From assembly GCA_964016885.1 (NCBI GenBank), contig CAXHJY010000934.1, positions 1-60,590 of the forward strand: a DNA stretch of 60,590 bases, read 5' to 3'. The notes below the pieces were generated by a model, which saw nothing but the letters and a program-made list of their open reading frames with translations, had not been told where the DNA came from and did not search any database. Below are positions 1 through 14,233 of the stretch, in pieces. The stretch comes from Eledone cirrhosa (lineage: Eukaryota). Positions within the stretch are counted from its first letter, which is position 1, and every line of letters starts with the position of its first letter. A program made the position numbers and the translations under genes.

Positions 1-112
1 TGTGTGTATATATATATATATATATGTATGTATATATATATAGATATATATATATGTATGTATATATATATAGAGATATGTATGTATGTATATATATATA
101 TAGATATGTATG

Positions 113-158
<46 letters not shown>

Positions 159-168
159 GATATGTATG

Positions 169-235
<67 letters not shown>

Positions 236-1042
236 ATATATACATATATGTATATATATATGTATGTATATATATATGTATGTATGTATATATATATGTA
301 TGTATGTATGTATATATATATGTATGTATGTATATATATATAGATATGTATGTATGTATATATAGATAGATATGTATGTATATATATATAGATATGTATG
401 TATGTATATATATATAGATATGTATGTATGTATATATATATAGATATGTATGTATGTATATATATATAGATATATGTATGTATATAGATATGTATGTATG
501 TATATATATATATAGATATATATGTATGTATATATATATAGATATATATGTATGTATATATATAGAAATATATATGTATGTATATATATATATATATAGA
601 TATGTATGTATATATATATATATAGATATGTATGTATATATATATATATATATAGATATGTATGTATGTATATATATATAGATATGTATGTATATATATA
701 CATATATAGATATATATGTATGTATATATATATATATATATAGATATGTATGTATATATATACATATATAGATATGTATGTATGTATATATATATAGATA
801 TATATGTATGTATATATATATATATAGATATGTATGTATGTATATATATATAGCTATGTATGTATGTACATATATATAGATATGTATGTATGTGCATATA
901 TATAGATATGTATGTATGTCCATATATATAGATATGTATGTACATATATATAGATATGTATGTATGTATATATATATATGTATGTATGTATATATATATA
1001 TATATGTATGTATGTATATATATGTATGTATATATGTATATG

Positions 1043-1134
<92 letters not shown>

Positions 1135-1162
1135 TATGTATGTATATATATATATATGTATG

Positions 1163-1209
<47 letters not shown>

Positions 1210-1264
1210 GTATGTATGTATATATATATATGTATGTATGTATGTATATATATATGTATGTATG

Positions 1265-1299
<35 letters not shown>

Positions 1300-1398
1300 A
1301 TATATATATATATATCTATGTATGTATGTATGTATATATATATATATGTATGTATATATATATATATATATATCTGTGTATGTATGTATATATATATG

Positions 1399-1429
<31 letters not shown>

Positions 1430-1458
1430 CTATGTATGTATGTATATATATATGTATG

Positions 1459-1517
<59 letters not shown>

Positions 1518-1566
1518 ATATATATATATATATGTATGAATGTATCTATATATATATATATGTATG

Positions 1567-1625
<59 letters not shown>

Positions 1626-1640
1626 ATATATATATGTATG

Positions 1641-1697
<57 letters not shown>

Positions 1698-1954
1698 GTA
1701 TATATATATATATGTATGTATGTATATATATATATGTATGTATATATATATATATGTATGTATGTATATATATATATATGTATGTATGTATATATATATA
1801 TATGTATGTATGTATATATATATATATGTATGTATGTATATATATATATATGTATGTATGTATATATATATATATGTATGTATATATATATATATGTATG
1901 TATATATATATATATATGTATGTATGTATGTATATATATATATATGTATGTATG

Positions 1955-1985
<31 letters not shown>

Positions 1986-2016
1986 GTATGTATGTATGTA
2001 TATATATATATGTATG

Positions 2017-2047
<31 letters not shown>

Positions 2048-2122
2048 ATATATATTTATATGTATGTATGTATATATATATTTATATGTATGTATGTATA
2101 TATATATATATATGTATGTATG

Positions 2123-2183
<61 letters not shown>

Positions 2184-2332
2184 ATATATATTTATATGTA
2201 TGTATGTATATATATATTTATATGTATGTATGTATATATATATTTATATGTATGTATGTATATATATATTTATATGTATGTATGTATATTTATATGTATG
2301 TATGTATATATATATTTATATGTATGTATGTA

Positions 2333-2365
<33 letters not shown>

Positions 2366-2611
2366 ATATATATGTATGTATATATATATGTATGTATGTA
2401 TATATGTATGTATGTATGTATATATATATATGTATGTTATATATATATATATATGTATGTATATATATTTATATATGTATGTATGTATATATATATGTAT
2501 GTATGTATATATATATGTATATATATATGTATGTATGTATGTATATATATATATGTATGTATGTATATATATATATGTATGTATGTATGTATATATATGT
2601 ATGTATGTATG

Positions 2612-2644
<33 letters not shown>

Positions 2645-3009
2645 ATATATTTATATATGTATGTATGTATATATATATATATGTATGTATGTATATATAT
2701 TTATATATGTATGTATGTATATATATATATATGTATGTATGTATATATATATATATAGATATGTATGTATGTATGTACATATATATATAGATATATATGT
2801 AAGTATATATATATAGATATATATGTATATATATATATATATGTATGTATATATATTTATATATGTATGTATATATATATATGTATGTATGTATATATAT
2901 ATATGTACGTATGTATATATATATATGTATGTATGTATATATATATATGTATGTATGTATATATATATAGATATGTATGTATGTATGTATATATAGATAT
3001 ATATGTATG

Positions 3010-3070
<61 letters not shown>

Positions 3071-3585
3071 ATATATATAGATATATATGTATGTATGTAT
3101 ATATATATAGATATATATGTATGTATGTATATATATATAGATATATATGTATGTATGTATATATATATAGATATATATGTATGTATGTATATATATATAG
3201 ATATATATGTATGTATGTATATATATATAGATATATATGTATGTATGTATATATATATAGATATGTATGTATGTATGTATATATATATAGATATATATGT
3301 ATGTATGTATATATATATAGATATGTATGTATGTATGTATATGTATGTATGTATGTATATATATATAGATATATATGTATGTATGTATATATAGATATGT
3401 ATGTATGTATGTACATATATATAGATATGTATGTATATATATATAGATATGTATGTATGTATGTATATATATATAGATATGTATGTATGTATGTATATAT
3501 ATATATAGATATGTATGTATATATATATAGGTATGTATGTATATATATATATAGATATGTATGTATATATATATAGGTATGTATG

Positions 3586-3615
<30 letters not shown>
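1..3615. repeat. Compound (TA)n/(TATG)n/TAGA microsatellite array
   Basis: Directly visible low-complexity array; all overlapping Y/I/M/V/C ORFs are translation artefacts. Confidence 0.97.
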
Positions 3616-3616
<1 letters not shown>

Positions 3617-3617
3617 T

Positions 3618-3724
3618 CAACCGGAGGTATATGATTTTTAAAGCGATGAAATACCAATGAAGGTTGGAAAATCACTGACGAAGGACTATTTTTATCATAT
3701 GTAACCCATGTGCAACCACGCAGT
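3618..3724 (+). repeat. Dispersed ~110-bp repeat; second copy at ~36137-36243
   Basis: caaccggaggtatatgatttttaaagcg...ctgacgaaggacta...catatgtaaccc aligns with caaccagaggtatatgatctttaaagcg...ctgatgaaggacta...catatgtaaccc. Confidence 0.7.
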
Positions 3725-3832
3725 ATTCTTTCGTCTCATGTTTTTTATATATATATGTATGTATATATATATAGATATATATTTATTTATATATATATAG
3801 ATATATATGTATTCATATATATATATAGATAT

Positions 3833-4574
3833 ATGAAAGACAGACTGTATGATGCGTGTATCCGAACAGCAATGTTACATGGTAGTGAGACCTGGGCACT
3901 GAAGGTGGAAGACTTACGTAGATTAGAGAGAAATGAAGCCTGCATGCTCCGATGGATGTGTAACAGTAATATACGTGAACGACAAAGCATAAATGAATTG
4001 AGAGAGAGACTGAGCATAAGAGGAATCAAATGCTGTGTGCAGGAGAGGCGGTTGCGCTGGTATGGACATGTGATGCGTATGAAGGATGACATCTCCATAA
4101 AAAGGGGCAGAGCACTAGAAGTTGATGGAAACCGCGGAATGGGGAGACCCAAGATGACCTGGGATCAGGTGATTAAAGCCGACCTTACCCAATTACACCT
4201 CTCACAGGCAATGACACACGACCGTGACCTCGGGCGTCACGCAATAATACAGAGTACCCGACCTCCCATGGGTACAAGCTGAAGCATATAGACAATATTC
4301 CCCCACACCTCCCACCGCAAGGTGGTCGTGGAGGTGCCACGGCAAAAAAGCACCCAGCCCACACTCTAAAGTGGACGTGTAGGCGCCACGAAAAAGCACT
4401 CAGCACTCACTGTAAATAAGGTTGGTGTTAGGAAGGGCATCCAGCTGTAGAAATCAAGCCAAATCAGTTCCTGTATGAGCAAGGCATGGTCAGCCGACCA
4501 GACACTGCCCACAGCAGGACAACCCGTCTAGCCCATGCTAGCGTGGAAGAACGGACGGAAAACGGTGATGATGA
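3833..4574 (+). mobile_element. 5'-truncated RTE-clade LINE (ORF C-terminus, 3' UTR, (GAT)n tail)
   Basis: LYDACIRTAMLHGSETW...RRLRWYGHVMRM...GRPKMTW motifs; 3' UTR ggttggtgttaggaagggcatccagc; gatgatgat tail; flanked by TA tracts. Confidence 0.88.
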
Positions 4575-5163
4575 TATATGCATGTATATATATATAGATA
4601 TATATGTATGTATCTTTAACCATTTTAACCCTTTCACGCGCACGCGCGCTCTGCTGAATACCTCAGATATTCAAAACAACAAACAGCGGAGGACGCGTTT
4701 CGCACTTTTCCGACAGACAACCTTTCCCCCACCCCGGAAAAAAACCCCAGTTGATGGATGTGAATCAGAAATATATAGGGACAATTAAATCTCTCCCAAG
4801 GTAACTCTCACTCGTGTTCTTATTTTTATTTTATCCTTTATACTCTTTCCTTCATTCTTCTACACGTCTTATACACACCATGCATCTCAACGTACACCCA
4901 CTTACATCTCTCTCTCCACCACCGGATCTTGTTACCCGGAGATTTATCCATTTGCATTGTCGAGGCTTCCAAACGACTTAAAGATATTTACCTATTATTC
5001 CACAATGCTTCAAGCAAACTTCAATACTCTCTTATATGTATGTATATATATGTATAGATATATATGTATAGATATATATGTATAGATATATATGTATGTA
5101 TATATATATGTATAGATATATATGTATGTATATATATATATATAGATATATATGTATGTATGA

Positions 5164-5199
<36 letters not shown>

Positions 5200-5898
5200 C
5201 AAACACAACGTCTATAAGGTAACTAACATTTTTTTAATTAGAAACCTTAACTGTGGAAAGAATGAACTATGAAACACTTTCAACTATTCCTCTGTACACA
5301 AAATAACATAAGTGATCATTCATATTCTTGCATTTCATACGTTGTTGCCTCTCATCGGCGAATAACTACCTCTATCATTCTGGTATAGGAATGACATACG
5401 AATACAAAACATATTATACAAAATATTTGAAGTTTTAGTGACAAATCTTCGAAAATTGGAAGTAACAAATGTTTACGTTCCATATTTATTGAAAAGTTTG
5501 TTTTTTTAACTTGAATTAGCGATTGTTGAAAAATTAACTAAAAATGTCGGAAATATTTAAAATTTTGAAATATATTTTTATAAATACATATATTTGAAAA
5601 AACGTTTTTTGCCTTTCACCCTTTCGTAGTCGATAAATAAAGTACCGGTCCAGTAATGGGGTTAATTCTTCCTCTATTTCACGAAGAGATCGTCTGTTTT
5701 TCAGGCCCGGAGAGGAATGGTCTCTGCTAGGTTTAAAATACCCAAGTTAAAGTGTGTCATGACGGCGCCCTTTTGTCTCCACCTGGAGGTGGTGGGCTCC
5801 GCTAGGTTTAAAATACCCAAGTCACTCAGTGTGTCATGACGGCGCCCCTTCGTCTCCACCTGGAGTTGAGGGACGTTTACCTATAATTGTTACCTGTC

Positions 5899-6042
5899 GG
5901 GGTGGTGGGTTGGCAGAATTGGTGGGCCGTCGGTTAAAATACCATTGCAGTATTTGTTCTGGCTCTTTACACCCTGAATTATATCCCGCCGAGGTCAAAT
6001 TTGCATTTCATCTTTCCGGCGCGGATAATATAAAGTACTAGT
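5899..6042 (+). mobile_element. tRNA-derived SINE (MetaSINE-like core)
   Basis: tggcagaat head and cccgccgaggtcaaatttgcatttcatctttcc...ataaagtac core shared with copies at 6227, 8090, 57478, 58505 and 58800. Confidence 0.75.
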
Positions 6043-6045
6043 CAA

Positions 6046-6215
6046 GTCTAAAGTTTAAAGTCTGTCTCAAGCCCGGAGGCTCATCAGGCCATGTTCCATG
6101 GCGTTAAGCGACTGTGAGTACAATATTCGCCCCTGGACAACGCATAACCCAGCCTAGGAGTTGAACCCACAACGTTATGGTCGTAAGCCCCTTACCAGTA
6201 GGCCACGCACCTCCA
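6046..6215 (-). mobile_element. Internally deleted tRNA-derived SINE (family of 33384-33640)
   Basis: Reverse complement has tRNA-like head (gtggcctactggtaagg...gtgggttcaactcct) and 3' end atgagcctccgggcttgagacagacttt matching 33610-33640. Confidence 0.65.
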
Positions 6216-6226
6216 TGCTGTTAGAG

Positions 6227-6445
6227 TGGGGGATTGGCAGAATTGGTAGACCGTCGGTTAAAATACCATTGCAGTATTTGTTCTGGCTCTTTACACCCTG
6301 AATTATATCCCGCCGAGGTCAAATTTGCATTCTATCTTTCCGGGGTGGATAAAATAAAGTACCAACCAAGTACTGGGTTTGAATTAATCAACTTTACTAT
6401 TCCTCCAAATTTGCTGGTCTTTTGCCTAAATTACAAATCAATATT
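6227..6445 (+). mobile_element. tRNA-derived SINE (MetaSINE-like core)
   Basis: Near-identical to 5911-6040, continuing into the aagtactggg...ttgctggtcttttgcctaaa tail. Confidence 0.75.
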
Positions 6446-7039
6446 GGGTGAATGTACCAATTATATAACTAGTGGAGTACAAAAATAAAACAAAATAATT
6501 GGACATAGTTCTTTGGTTCTCAAAATAAAACCTAGAATACTGTGGTGGTTGTTAGTCACGAAGTAGACAGGCGTAAATATCACTTTCAAAATAAACGAAA
6601 ACCAAGACGCCTGTGACAATGAGGAATTTAGAAATTCTACACTTCGACTATGACTTCACATCATAATTATAGCCAATAGGGTTGGCTAAAGGTTTCGTTA
6701 CACACTAAATTACTTTCATGTAGTCAAATTGCACTTGAAGTTCAAATTGTTCAATGGAAAGTATCGATATTTCAATAATTGTTCATACAATTACGAAAAA
6801 TATTTTCCAATCAGTTGCATATGTAGGATATCCCATTGAAGGGAAATTTTACAGCTATTTTTAACAGATCGTGTGACCACGTAGATCTTATGTGGGGGAA
6901 CTCTTCACTTGCATTCAAATTTTTAACTTTTTATCAATGAAGTTTCTAAAATCTAATAAAAATGAGGCCTTAAACTTTAAAAACAAAACTAATTTATAAT
7001 AGAGTTATTATTGAAAATTCAACTGTCTTTTGTGGTTAT

Positions 7040-7330
7040 GAAAACGGAAAAGGAAGGGAAAGGCAAGGGCTCTAGGGTCACAGAAGAATGGGGAAGGTAA
7101 TAGGCTCTAAGCCTAGGGAGCGGTGGTATTGGGGCTGCGCCCCACGAACAAAACCACAAAAGCATTCCCGCGGACAATGGCCATGGACACCGGCTGCAAC
7201 AGCCATCCCACCTCGCGTGGCTCCTTCCTCAGACAGGCTGCTGACGTTCCGATCTTGCGGAGGAGCTTGGCAGTATGGGGTCCAAGTACGCCTGAGGTCT
7301 CGACGGCGACCAATATTAGTGACGTACTTA
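7040..7330 (-). mobile_element. 3' fragment of a CRE-like RLE non-LTR retrotransposon
   Basis: VAVETSGVLGPHTAKLLRKIG...EPREVGWLLQPVSMAIVRGNA resembles the C-terminus of CRE-type RLE ORFs (xAVETxGxxG...S.AIQRGNA). Confidence 0.7.
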
Positions 7331-7343
7331 TGAATTCAGTAAA

Positions 7344-7620
7344 GGCGCGAGGCTTTGTGGTTACGGTGTTGGTCTCAATTAGGAGTTCGACTCCTACACC
7401 GGGCGGCGCGTTGCGTCCTTAAGCAAGACACTTTAGTTCACGTTTCTTCAGTTGGAAAAATGAGTCGCAATGTCACTGATACCAAGCTGTATTGGTTTTG
7501 CCGTTCCCTTGGACAACATCAGTGACGTGGAGAGGAGAGACATGCATGCGTGGGCGACTGTTGGTCTTCCACAAAACACCTTGTTCAGGTATGCACTTTG
7601 GAGAGGTATAAACTCAAAGT
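7344..7620 (+). mobile_element. tRNA-derived SINE with CORE-like segment
   Basis: Box A/B-like head (ggctttgtggtta...gagttcgactcc) and gcgtccttaagcaagacactttagttcacg. Confidence 0.65.
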
Positions 7621-8089
7621 CAGTTATGGCTGAAGAGGGCTTTTAATATTTTTAAATTTCTAAAATGAAAAGTTTTATTCATTTTTTCCTTAATGCAAAT
7701 ACGTCACCACACGTTCTTATGTACTAGCAGTCCTCCCCTGCTCTAACACGACTTAAGGTATTTACTTTAGTTCTAGTTTTAAGTGCAAATTACACCGATG
7801 TTGATTTAGTTTTTCACTTTTTATAAGTCGATAATTGAAATACCCGTATGATGACAATTCAATTGATTATATCGCCTACCTTTCCAACATGATCTTTGCG
7901 CTTGGAAATAAATCAATATTTAGCCTCATCTTCCCTGCTTTATTTGGAGTTCAAATCAGTCTTGCCTATTATTTCTTCGGGATCGATGCAATATGTGACA
8001 AGTAATATTCAGTGATCAATTCCAGTGTACAATATATATACTATGCAAAACATAGTAATATTGTACTTTTACGAAAAGGATTCAATGCG

Positions 8090-8240
8090 GCAAATTGGCA
8101 GAGTCATTAGAACGTCAGATAGAATGTTTTGCGGTATTCGTCCCGGCTTTCTGAGCTCAAATCCTGCCGAAGTCAACTTTGCCTTTCGTTCTTTCGAGGT
8201 CGATAAAAAAGTACTAGTCCAGTATTGGGGCGTCGAATCT
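8090..8240 (+). mobile_element. tRNA-derived SINE (MetaSINE-like core)
   Basis: ctgagctcaaatcctgccgaagtcaactttgcctttcgttctttcgaggtcgataaaaaagtac. Confidence 0.7.
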
Positions 8241-8569
8241 TTCTTTATATCTTTTTCTCGCGCTCTCAGGCTGTGTTCAGATTTTGAGAGGAGATGAGCT
8301 CCGCCACACCGTATGTGACGACAGCGTCCCTACAACTCCAACAGAGTTACAGGTCCATACATACAAATAAAAGGATTCACAATTATAAAAGAGCATTAAT
8401 GAAAAGAAATTAAATTTAGAAGGTTTTTTTTATTTGCCTCAGCATAATACAAATCGTCAAAGATTTATTGCTTTCCACTTCAGAAAGGTTATGCATATGC
8501 AAATATACATGCTGTTGGATAGTTGTTGACTTTCCTGAGTTCATCTGCCCTTTGACAAGTTTCGTTTCT

Positions 8570-8850
8570 CAGGTTCCCAACCTTTTTTGCTCCATGCCCC
8601 ACCTCAACAACTAAAAAATGGTTATGACCATCTTTGATATAAAAACAAGAATTTAATTACTGTAATATAAAGTAGAAATCCTAGATGCAGCGGTGATCAA
8701 AATCAACTCCAAAGTGTAAACAAAATACTCGCAGGTGCCGCCAGATACACGATAACATGTGTAGACGAAGTGTAACTGTAAGTTTGGTCGTATTATATCA
8801 CTTTCAAATTGGCCCCCTGTGGGGCGTGCACCCAATGTTTGGAATCCCTG
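8570..8850. mobile_element. hAT-like MITE (degenerate TIRs)
   Basis: Ends caggttcccaa / tttggaatccctg; no clean TSD. Confidence 0.5.
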
Positions 8851-8896
8851 ATATAGATCTAGTAGCCAGAAACTGACTACGAATAATTATAAAAAC

Positions 8897-9046
8897 CAGG
8901 GTTTTTCAATGTTTTTTTCACTGTGACCCAAAGCAAGAACTACATTTCGTATTGCGGCCCATTTTTGTAAATTTTTTTAATGTCACGACTATCTTTATTC
9001 ATTTTGCGATCCACTAATGGATCGGCATCCACAGTGAAAAACCCTG
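8897..9046. mobile_element. hAT-like MITE
   Basis: 12-bp perfect TIR cagggtttttca / tgaaaaaccctg; partial 8-bp TSD ataaaaac / atctaagc. Confidence 0.65.
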
Positions 9047-9215
9047 ATCTAAGCCAATACAACCTACGCTTGGTCAGGCTGACAGCAGCTAAGTCGGTAA
9101 CTCCACCAAGCTTGTTAAGTGAAAGGAGTGACTTTTAAACACTCTTCTGATAACCATAAAAAGCCCTCCAACCTACCTACAAACATTCCATATTGTGTTG
9201 TTATTTCTGTTTACC

Positions 9216-9296
<81 letters not shown>

Positions 9297-9418
9297 ATAA
9301 TACACGAGAGAGAGTGTGTGTTCATCAATGTAGAGGGAAAACTACCAGTGTATGGAATCATAAATTACAGGAACCAACGCGAGTTTATGACACCGTTAAT
9401 CTATTTTGATATATATAT

Positions 9419-10361
9419 ATGTGTGGTGGAGGGTGCTCTGAAAGTACAGTAGCTAGAGTCAGAAGGGGGCGGAAAAAGTTCAGAGAGCTTATACCACTAT
9501 TGGCCGCTAAAGGTTTCTCTCTAAAAATGAAAGGCAGACTGTATGATGCCTGCACACGAACAACAATGTTACATGGCAGTGAGGCATGGGCATTGTGTGC
9601 AGAGGATCTGCGCAGACTGGAGAGGAACGAAGCTTGCATACTCCGTTGGATGTGTAATAGTAATATACGTGAACGGCAAAGCATAAATGAACTAAGTGAG
9701 AAATTAGGAATAAGAGGGATCAGATGGTGTTTACTCGAGAGAAGACTACGTTGGTATGGTCACGTGATGCGCATGAAAGACGACAGCTGTATAAAAAAGT
9801 GCAGGGCGATCAACATAGATGAAAGCTACGGAGTAGGCAGACCCAGAAAAACTTGGGACGATTTGATAAATTCCGACCTTACACACTTACACCTCTCCAA
9901 GACAATGTCACTGGACCGAGATCTTTGGCGCTACGCAGTAATACAGAAGACCCGCCTTGCCTAAGTACAAAGCGAAACCTACAGTCAGTAGGCACCTCTT
10001 AACCAAATATACACCCACATCCCACCACCCCTACCCCACCCCCATCTACACCACCCCTTTCTCTGTAAAGTTATGTTGCTACCACAACATCCAGTCCTAA
10101 ACAAATGATCGTGTAGGTGTCACGACAAAAAAAAAACACACAGTCCACGCTGTAATGTGGCCGTGGAGGTAACACGGTAAAAACCTCCCAGTCCATACTG
10201 TAAACGTGGTTGGTGTTAGGAAGGGCATCCAGCCGTAGAAAACCTGCCAGACATTCCTATACGAGCAAGACAACCAATCTTACCTCACGTGGGACAATTC
10301 CCGTCTAAACCCATACTAGCGTGGAAGATAGACGTCAAACGATGATGATGATGATGATGAT
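9419..10361 (+). mobile_element. 5'-truncated RTE-clade LINE (related to 3833-4574)
   Basis: GGGCSESTVARVRRGRKKFRELIPLL...LHGSEAW...RRLRWYGHVMRM...GRPRKTW; same 3' UTR blocks; (GAT)n tail. Confidence 0.9.
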
Positions 10362-10469
10362 ATATATATGGTTGACGACTGAGAGAAAGGAGTACTTAAT
10401 ACCGAAATAGAATTTTAGCATCCATTTATATTAAAGCTAAAAGGTGAGTCTTGTTACTCTGGAGTTTCG

Positions 10470-11436
10470 CCCGAAAGCGTAACAATAGACAAACTATCTG
10501 GTTCTCTTCTCCCTTCCCACTCAACGTTAAAACTAATGTAGGAAAAATTTGTTTAGCCCTCTTAGATAGACACTTTCCCATAGGTCACAAATACCGCTCC
10601 ATCTTTAACAGACACAAAGTAAAACTAGGGTACTCCTGCGCTAAGAATATGAAGGCTCACATCACCAACAGCCCTAAGAGCAACACCCACCAGAGTCCTC
10701 TTGCTGAAAGCCTGAAGCTTGTCCATATCAACAGCAATGCAACATACCCGCAGTAGTTTACGAAGCTGTGGTCACTTCCAACCGACCAAATCAACCACAG
10801 GAGGTCAAATCCTATGTGGGTATGGCGGAGGACCGATTTAAGGAACACTTCCTGAACCATCAGTCGACCTTTAGGTACCCGGACAAACGATGATCGACGA
10901 AACTCGCGAGCCATATATGGTCCCTCAAGGACTCAAGTATAGACTACTCCATTCAATGGAAAGCCATCACTAAGTCCAAGCCATACGCAAGGGGCAATCC
11001 GTCTTGTGGAATATGTATTGATGAACGGATAAATATTCTAAAGAGATTACGCAATAGCGATTGCCTAAACTCAAGAAATGAAATATTCACCCGTTGTCCA
11101 CATGTCTGGAAACACCTCTTACATAACTACAAAGCTCCGGATTGAATAACATCATCCTAATTTTTTTATCAACTAGAACCTTTCGGACTTTCGCTGTTAT
11201 CTCCCTTACACCTCTCGCCCGCAGTTTTGTATTGCCTGGGTGAAGTGACCGTTTCTGCGCATGCGCGTTCATACGGTTGTCCTTCCTGTTCCGTATAACC
11301 ATGACCATTACGATCCGAGGATCCGCTAAGGTGAAACAATTGTTCTCGGTATGGTGAACTAACTGTTGTGCTACCATTTCTATCTAACTCGTCCCATGGA
11401 CTGAGTGCTCTACCACTACGGATATTACCTTCCAGT
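10470..11436 (+). mobile_element. Decayed Penelope-like (Neptune-type) 3' fragment: linker, GIY-YIG, degenerate hammerhead, tail
   Basis: IWFSSPFPLNVKTNVGK...HFPIGHKYRSIFNRHKVKLGYS, VVYEA...YVG, CGIC...LNSRNEIFTRCPH across frames; ccgagga-tccgctaaggt-gaaac-aatt-gtt near 11315-11343; gagtgct at 11403. Confidence 0.82.
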
Positions 11437-11502
<66 letters not shown>

Positions 11503-11504
<2 letters not shown>

Positions 11505-11700
11505 CCACCTGGCTGTGATAGGGCTGATAACGTTGTTAGAACTCAATATATATAAAAGGCAAACACAAAGACACAAAACAATTAATGTTATTAGGCTCAT
11601 GCTTAGATGAAAGAGGGAAAAAAGAGTTCAACGTTTCGGACTTTAGCCCTTCGCTAGAAGATACAGTGGAAAAATAGAAAAAGAATTAGAAAAAAAAAAT
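11503..11700 (-). mobile_element. Putative PLE 3' end with degenerate hammerhead and tail
   Basis: Minus strand ctagcga-agggctaaagtcc-gaaacgtt (11630-11657); tail motif gagttct (11538-11544); abuts a TA tract. Confidence 0.45.
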
Positions 11701-12129
11701 CGGTAAAATGACAGGTAACTTAAGTGAACTATCTCATTTTGAAATGAAAGAAAGTCAGTTACAGTCGTCAAGGCAATACGTAAATAAGCCCTTAGAGACT
11801 TCTACGCTCAACTTGTTAGATTATTTTTCAGAGTCATAAACATGCGTTGAAGCAGTTAACTTTATGCTAATATATGTTCAAAATCCATTATTCGTTCAAC
11901 GGTCCTTAGAATATGCGCTTATTTATTTACAAGTGATATTGCCTGCATCTCCGGGAGTGTATTGCATAACAGACACAAATCTATGGCTAATAAATGTCTT
12001 ATATGTCAGTTATTCTGCCAGCCATTCACCGATGACGTTTATAATATTGTTACCAGTACATAACTTACTGCTTGGATAAATAAGGTCAGGCCACGTTGAC
12101 TGCCTTAGCTGACAGTGGAAGTGGGTTAG

Positions 12130-12146
12130 TATACGTGTGTGTGTGT

Positions 12147-12187
<41 letters not shown>

Positions 12188-12256
12188 TGCTCATACGAGT
12201 GCACATACACACACACACAACACACGCATTTACAAACACACACATATACGTGCGCG

Positions 12257-12352
<96 letters not shown>

Positions 12353-12441
12353 TGCTCATACGAGTGCACATACACACACACACACACAACACACGCATTT
12401 ACAAACACACACATATTCACGCACGCACGCGCACGCACACA
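12130..12441. repeat. (CA)n microsatellite with a duplicated ~65-bp unit
   Basis: gagttgctcatacgagtgcacatac...aacacacgcatttacaaac occurs twice (12184 and 12349). Confidence 0.9.
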
Positions 12442-14109
12442 AATCCTTCTTTCGTAAGACAATATTGAAAGGTGTTATATATTCGAAGGAGACGAATTAT
12501 CAGAATGGTTAGAACGTCAGATAGACTGCTTTCAGGTGAACGTTTATAGTGACCTACATTCTGATGTCTCTTGAATACATTCTCCGTACGTTGTTTGGCT
12601 CAGTTCAGCCAATCGCTACCAGCGTAGGGAAATGTATTTCAACTTCCGCCGAAAGGGAAAAATTCCCGCTTCTCTTCGAAAATCTCCCTCTTTGAATCTC
12701 GACACCGCCAAGGTAAACATCTTTTGATTTTGCTCAACAAACTTTCCAAAATGTAGCTATCGAACAATTACCGCCGCCGTGGCTTCTAACTTCAGCCATA
12801 GGTCTGCGTATTCTTTTACAGCATCTTAATTTGTTTTATTTCATTTCTTATAACATGTCAACACAGCTAACTCAACTTCTCATTTTTGTAAATAAATTAT
12901 ATATATAAAAAAAAACGTCGTAATGCCTTATGATGATATTTTCCACAACATTGCCTTGGACTGCTTCGGTTACTCTCTGTGATACAATACACAAACGAAT
13001 TTTAACTCTCTCAATTAACTCACAACCAAAATACTCGTTCTAAATTGGTAACCCCCGCCGCGAGAACATTTTTGAATATTCAGATCTGGAGAGGGATAGG
13101 CTCCGCCAGATTTATGTTGTGATGGCGCCCCAACGACTCTATCAGGAATGAAGAGTCCATGACATGGCATATTTTTAAAGACCTAACAGATTTATGAGAT
13201 AGAAGGTACACATACGTGACATTCCTTCGTCTGGATGTCATAAATATCACGCACTTGCCATTGAAAAAAACATTGTGTCCACCCAGAATGTTCTGAAGAC
13301 TCCACCCCTGCACCAAAGCTCGGCGACGGCCCTGGCTGTATCCAGGATCCTGTAATATTTAAAGGGCTCCAAATTTATTATAATTTTTTCTTTTGCTACT
13401 ATAATTAATGTTATATAGAATTACATAGAAACTAAGTAATATGATGGTTGCAGCCTCATGATGTCCATCGCCCCATGCCAGTAATTAGAGCAAGCAGGTT
13501 GTTGTTTTACTGGAAGGGATGTGGTATGGTTTTGAAGGATGTTTTTGAATTTAATTTATGGCTGGTGTCGTATGGTTTTGTGGGTAGGATTATGATTTGT
13601 CTTTGCTTGAGTTTGTTGATAGCATGGGCCTGGTTTAGATTTGTTTATCTTCTAGTTAAGGCATATTTGGTCTTATATATTATACCTTGACGCAAGTGCC
13701 TCGATGATATTTCAGCCAGAGTTCCCATGAAAGTTTAACCCACCCACTCTGGTTCCCAAAGTGTCATACAACGGAACTGAAACCAGAACCATGTAGTTGT
13801 GGAGTGAACTCTTTAACCACAATCACCATGCTTGTGTTCGTGTAAGAATTAAAAGAGAAACTCGAACAAGGACAAATTACGAATACAAATCAAATCGCTT
13901 TTATATCTTTTTGTTTCCATTTTTTCTCGTTTATGTTTTCTCTCTATAGAAAATATGTCAAACAAGTAAAACAAAAATGTGTCCATTGTTGACCTACAAA
14001 AGTAATTTATATTTAGTCTCCTGCTCAGATTTCGTGCGATTGTTTGTGTATTTGATTTCATTGTTAATTGGCTGGGAAAATACACATCGATATAAATAAA
14101 TAAACACAC

Positions 14110-14147
<38 letters not shown>

Positions 14148-14233
14148 ACACACATCCCCGGCACAATGGTAACTCATATCTATCTGTCTGTTTATCTATT
14201 TATTTACCACCAACATGGCTATGCTAAGAGTAG

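Noticed and set aside
3061-3320. Regular 30-bp periodicity as a possible CRISPR array
   Set aside because: No unique spacers and no cas genes; higher-order microsatellite repeat in eukaryotic DNA
24-3675. Long ORFs (up to 618 aa) rich in Y/I/M/V/C/H/T, also at 39000-41100 and 46200-48500
   Set aside because: Translations of TA/TG/TATG microsatellites that lack stop codons; no coding signal
3675-3715. ctgacgaagg (and ctgatgaagg at 36193) as a hammerhead
   Set aside because: No downstream GAAA or closing stems found
4690-4720. Minus-strand gaaacgcgtc hammerhead half
   Set aside because: Upstream core reads ctgtcgg and stem I is not evident; too degenerate to call
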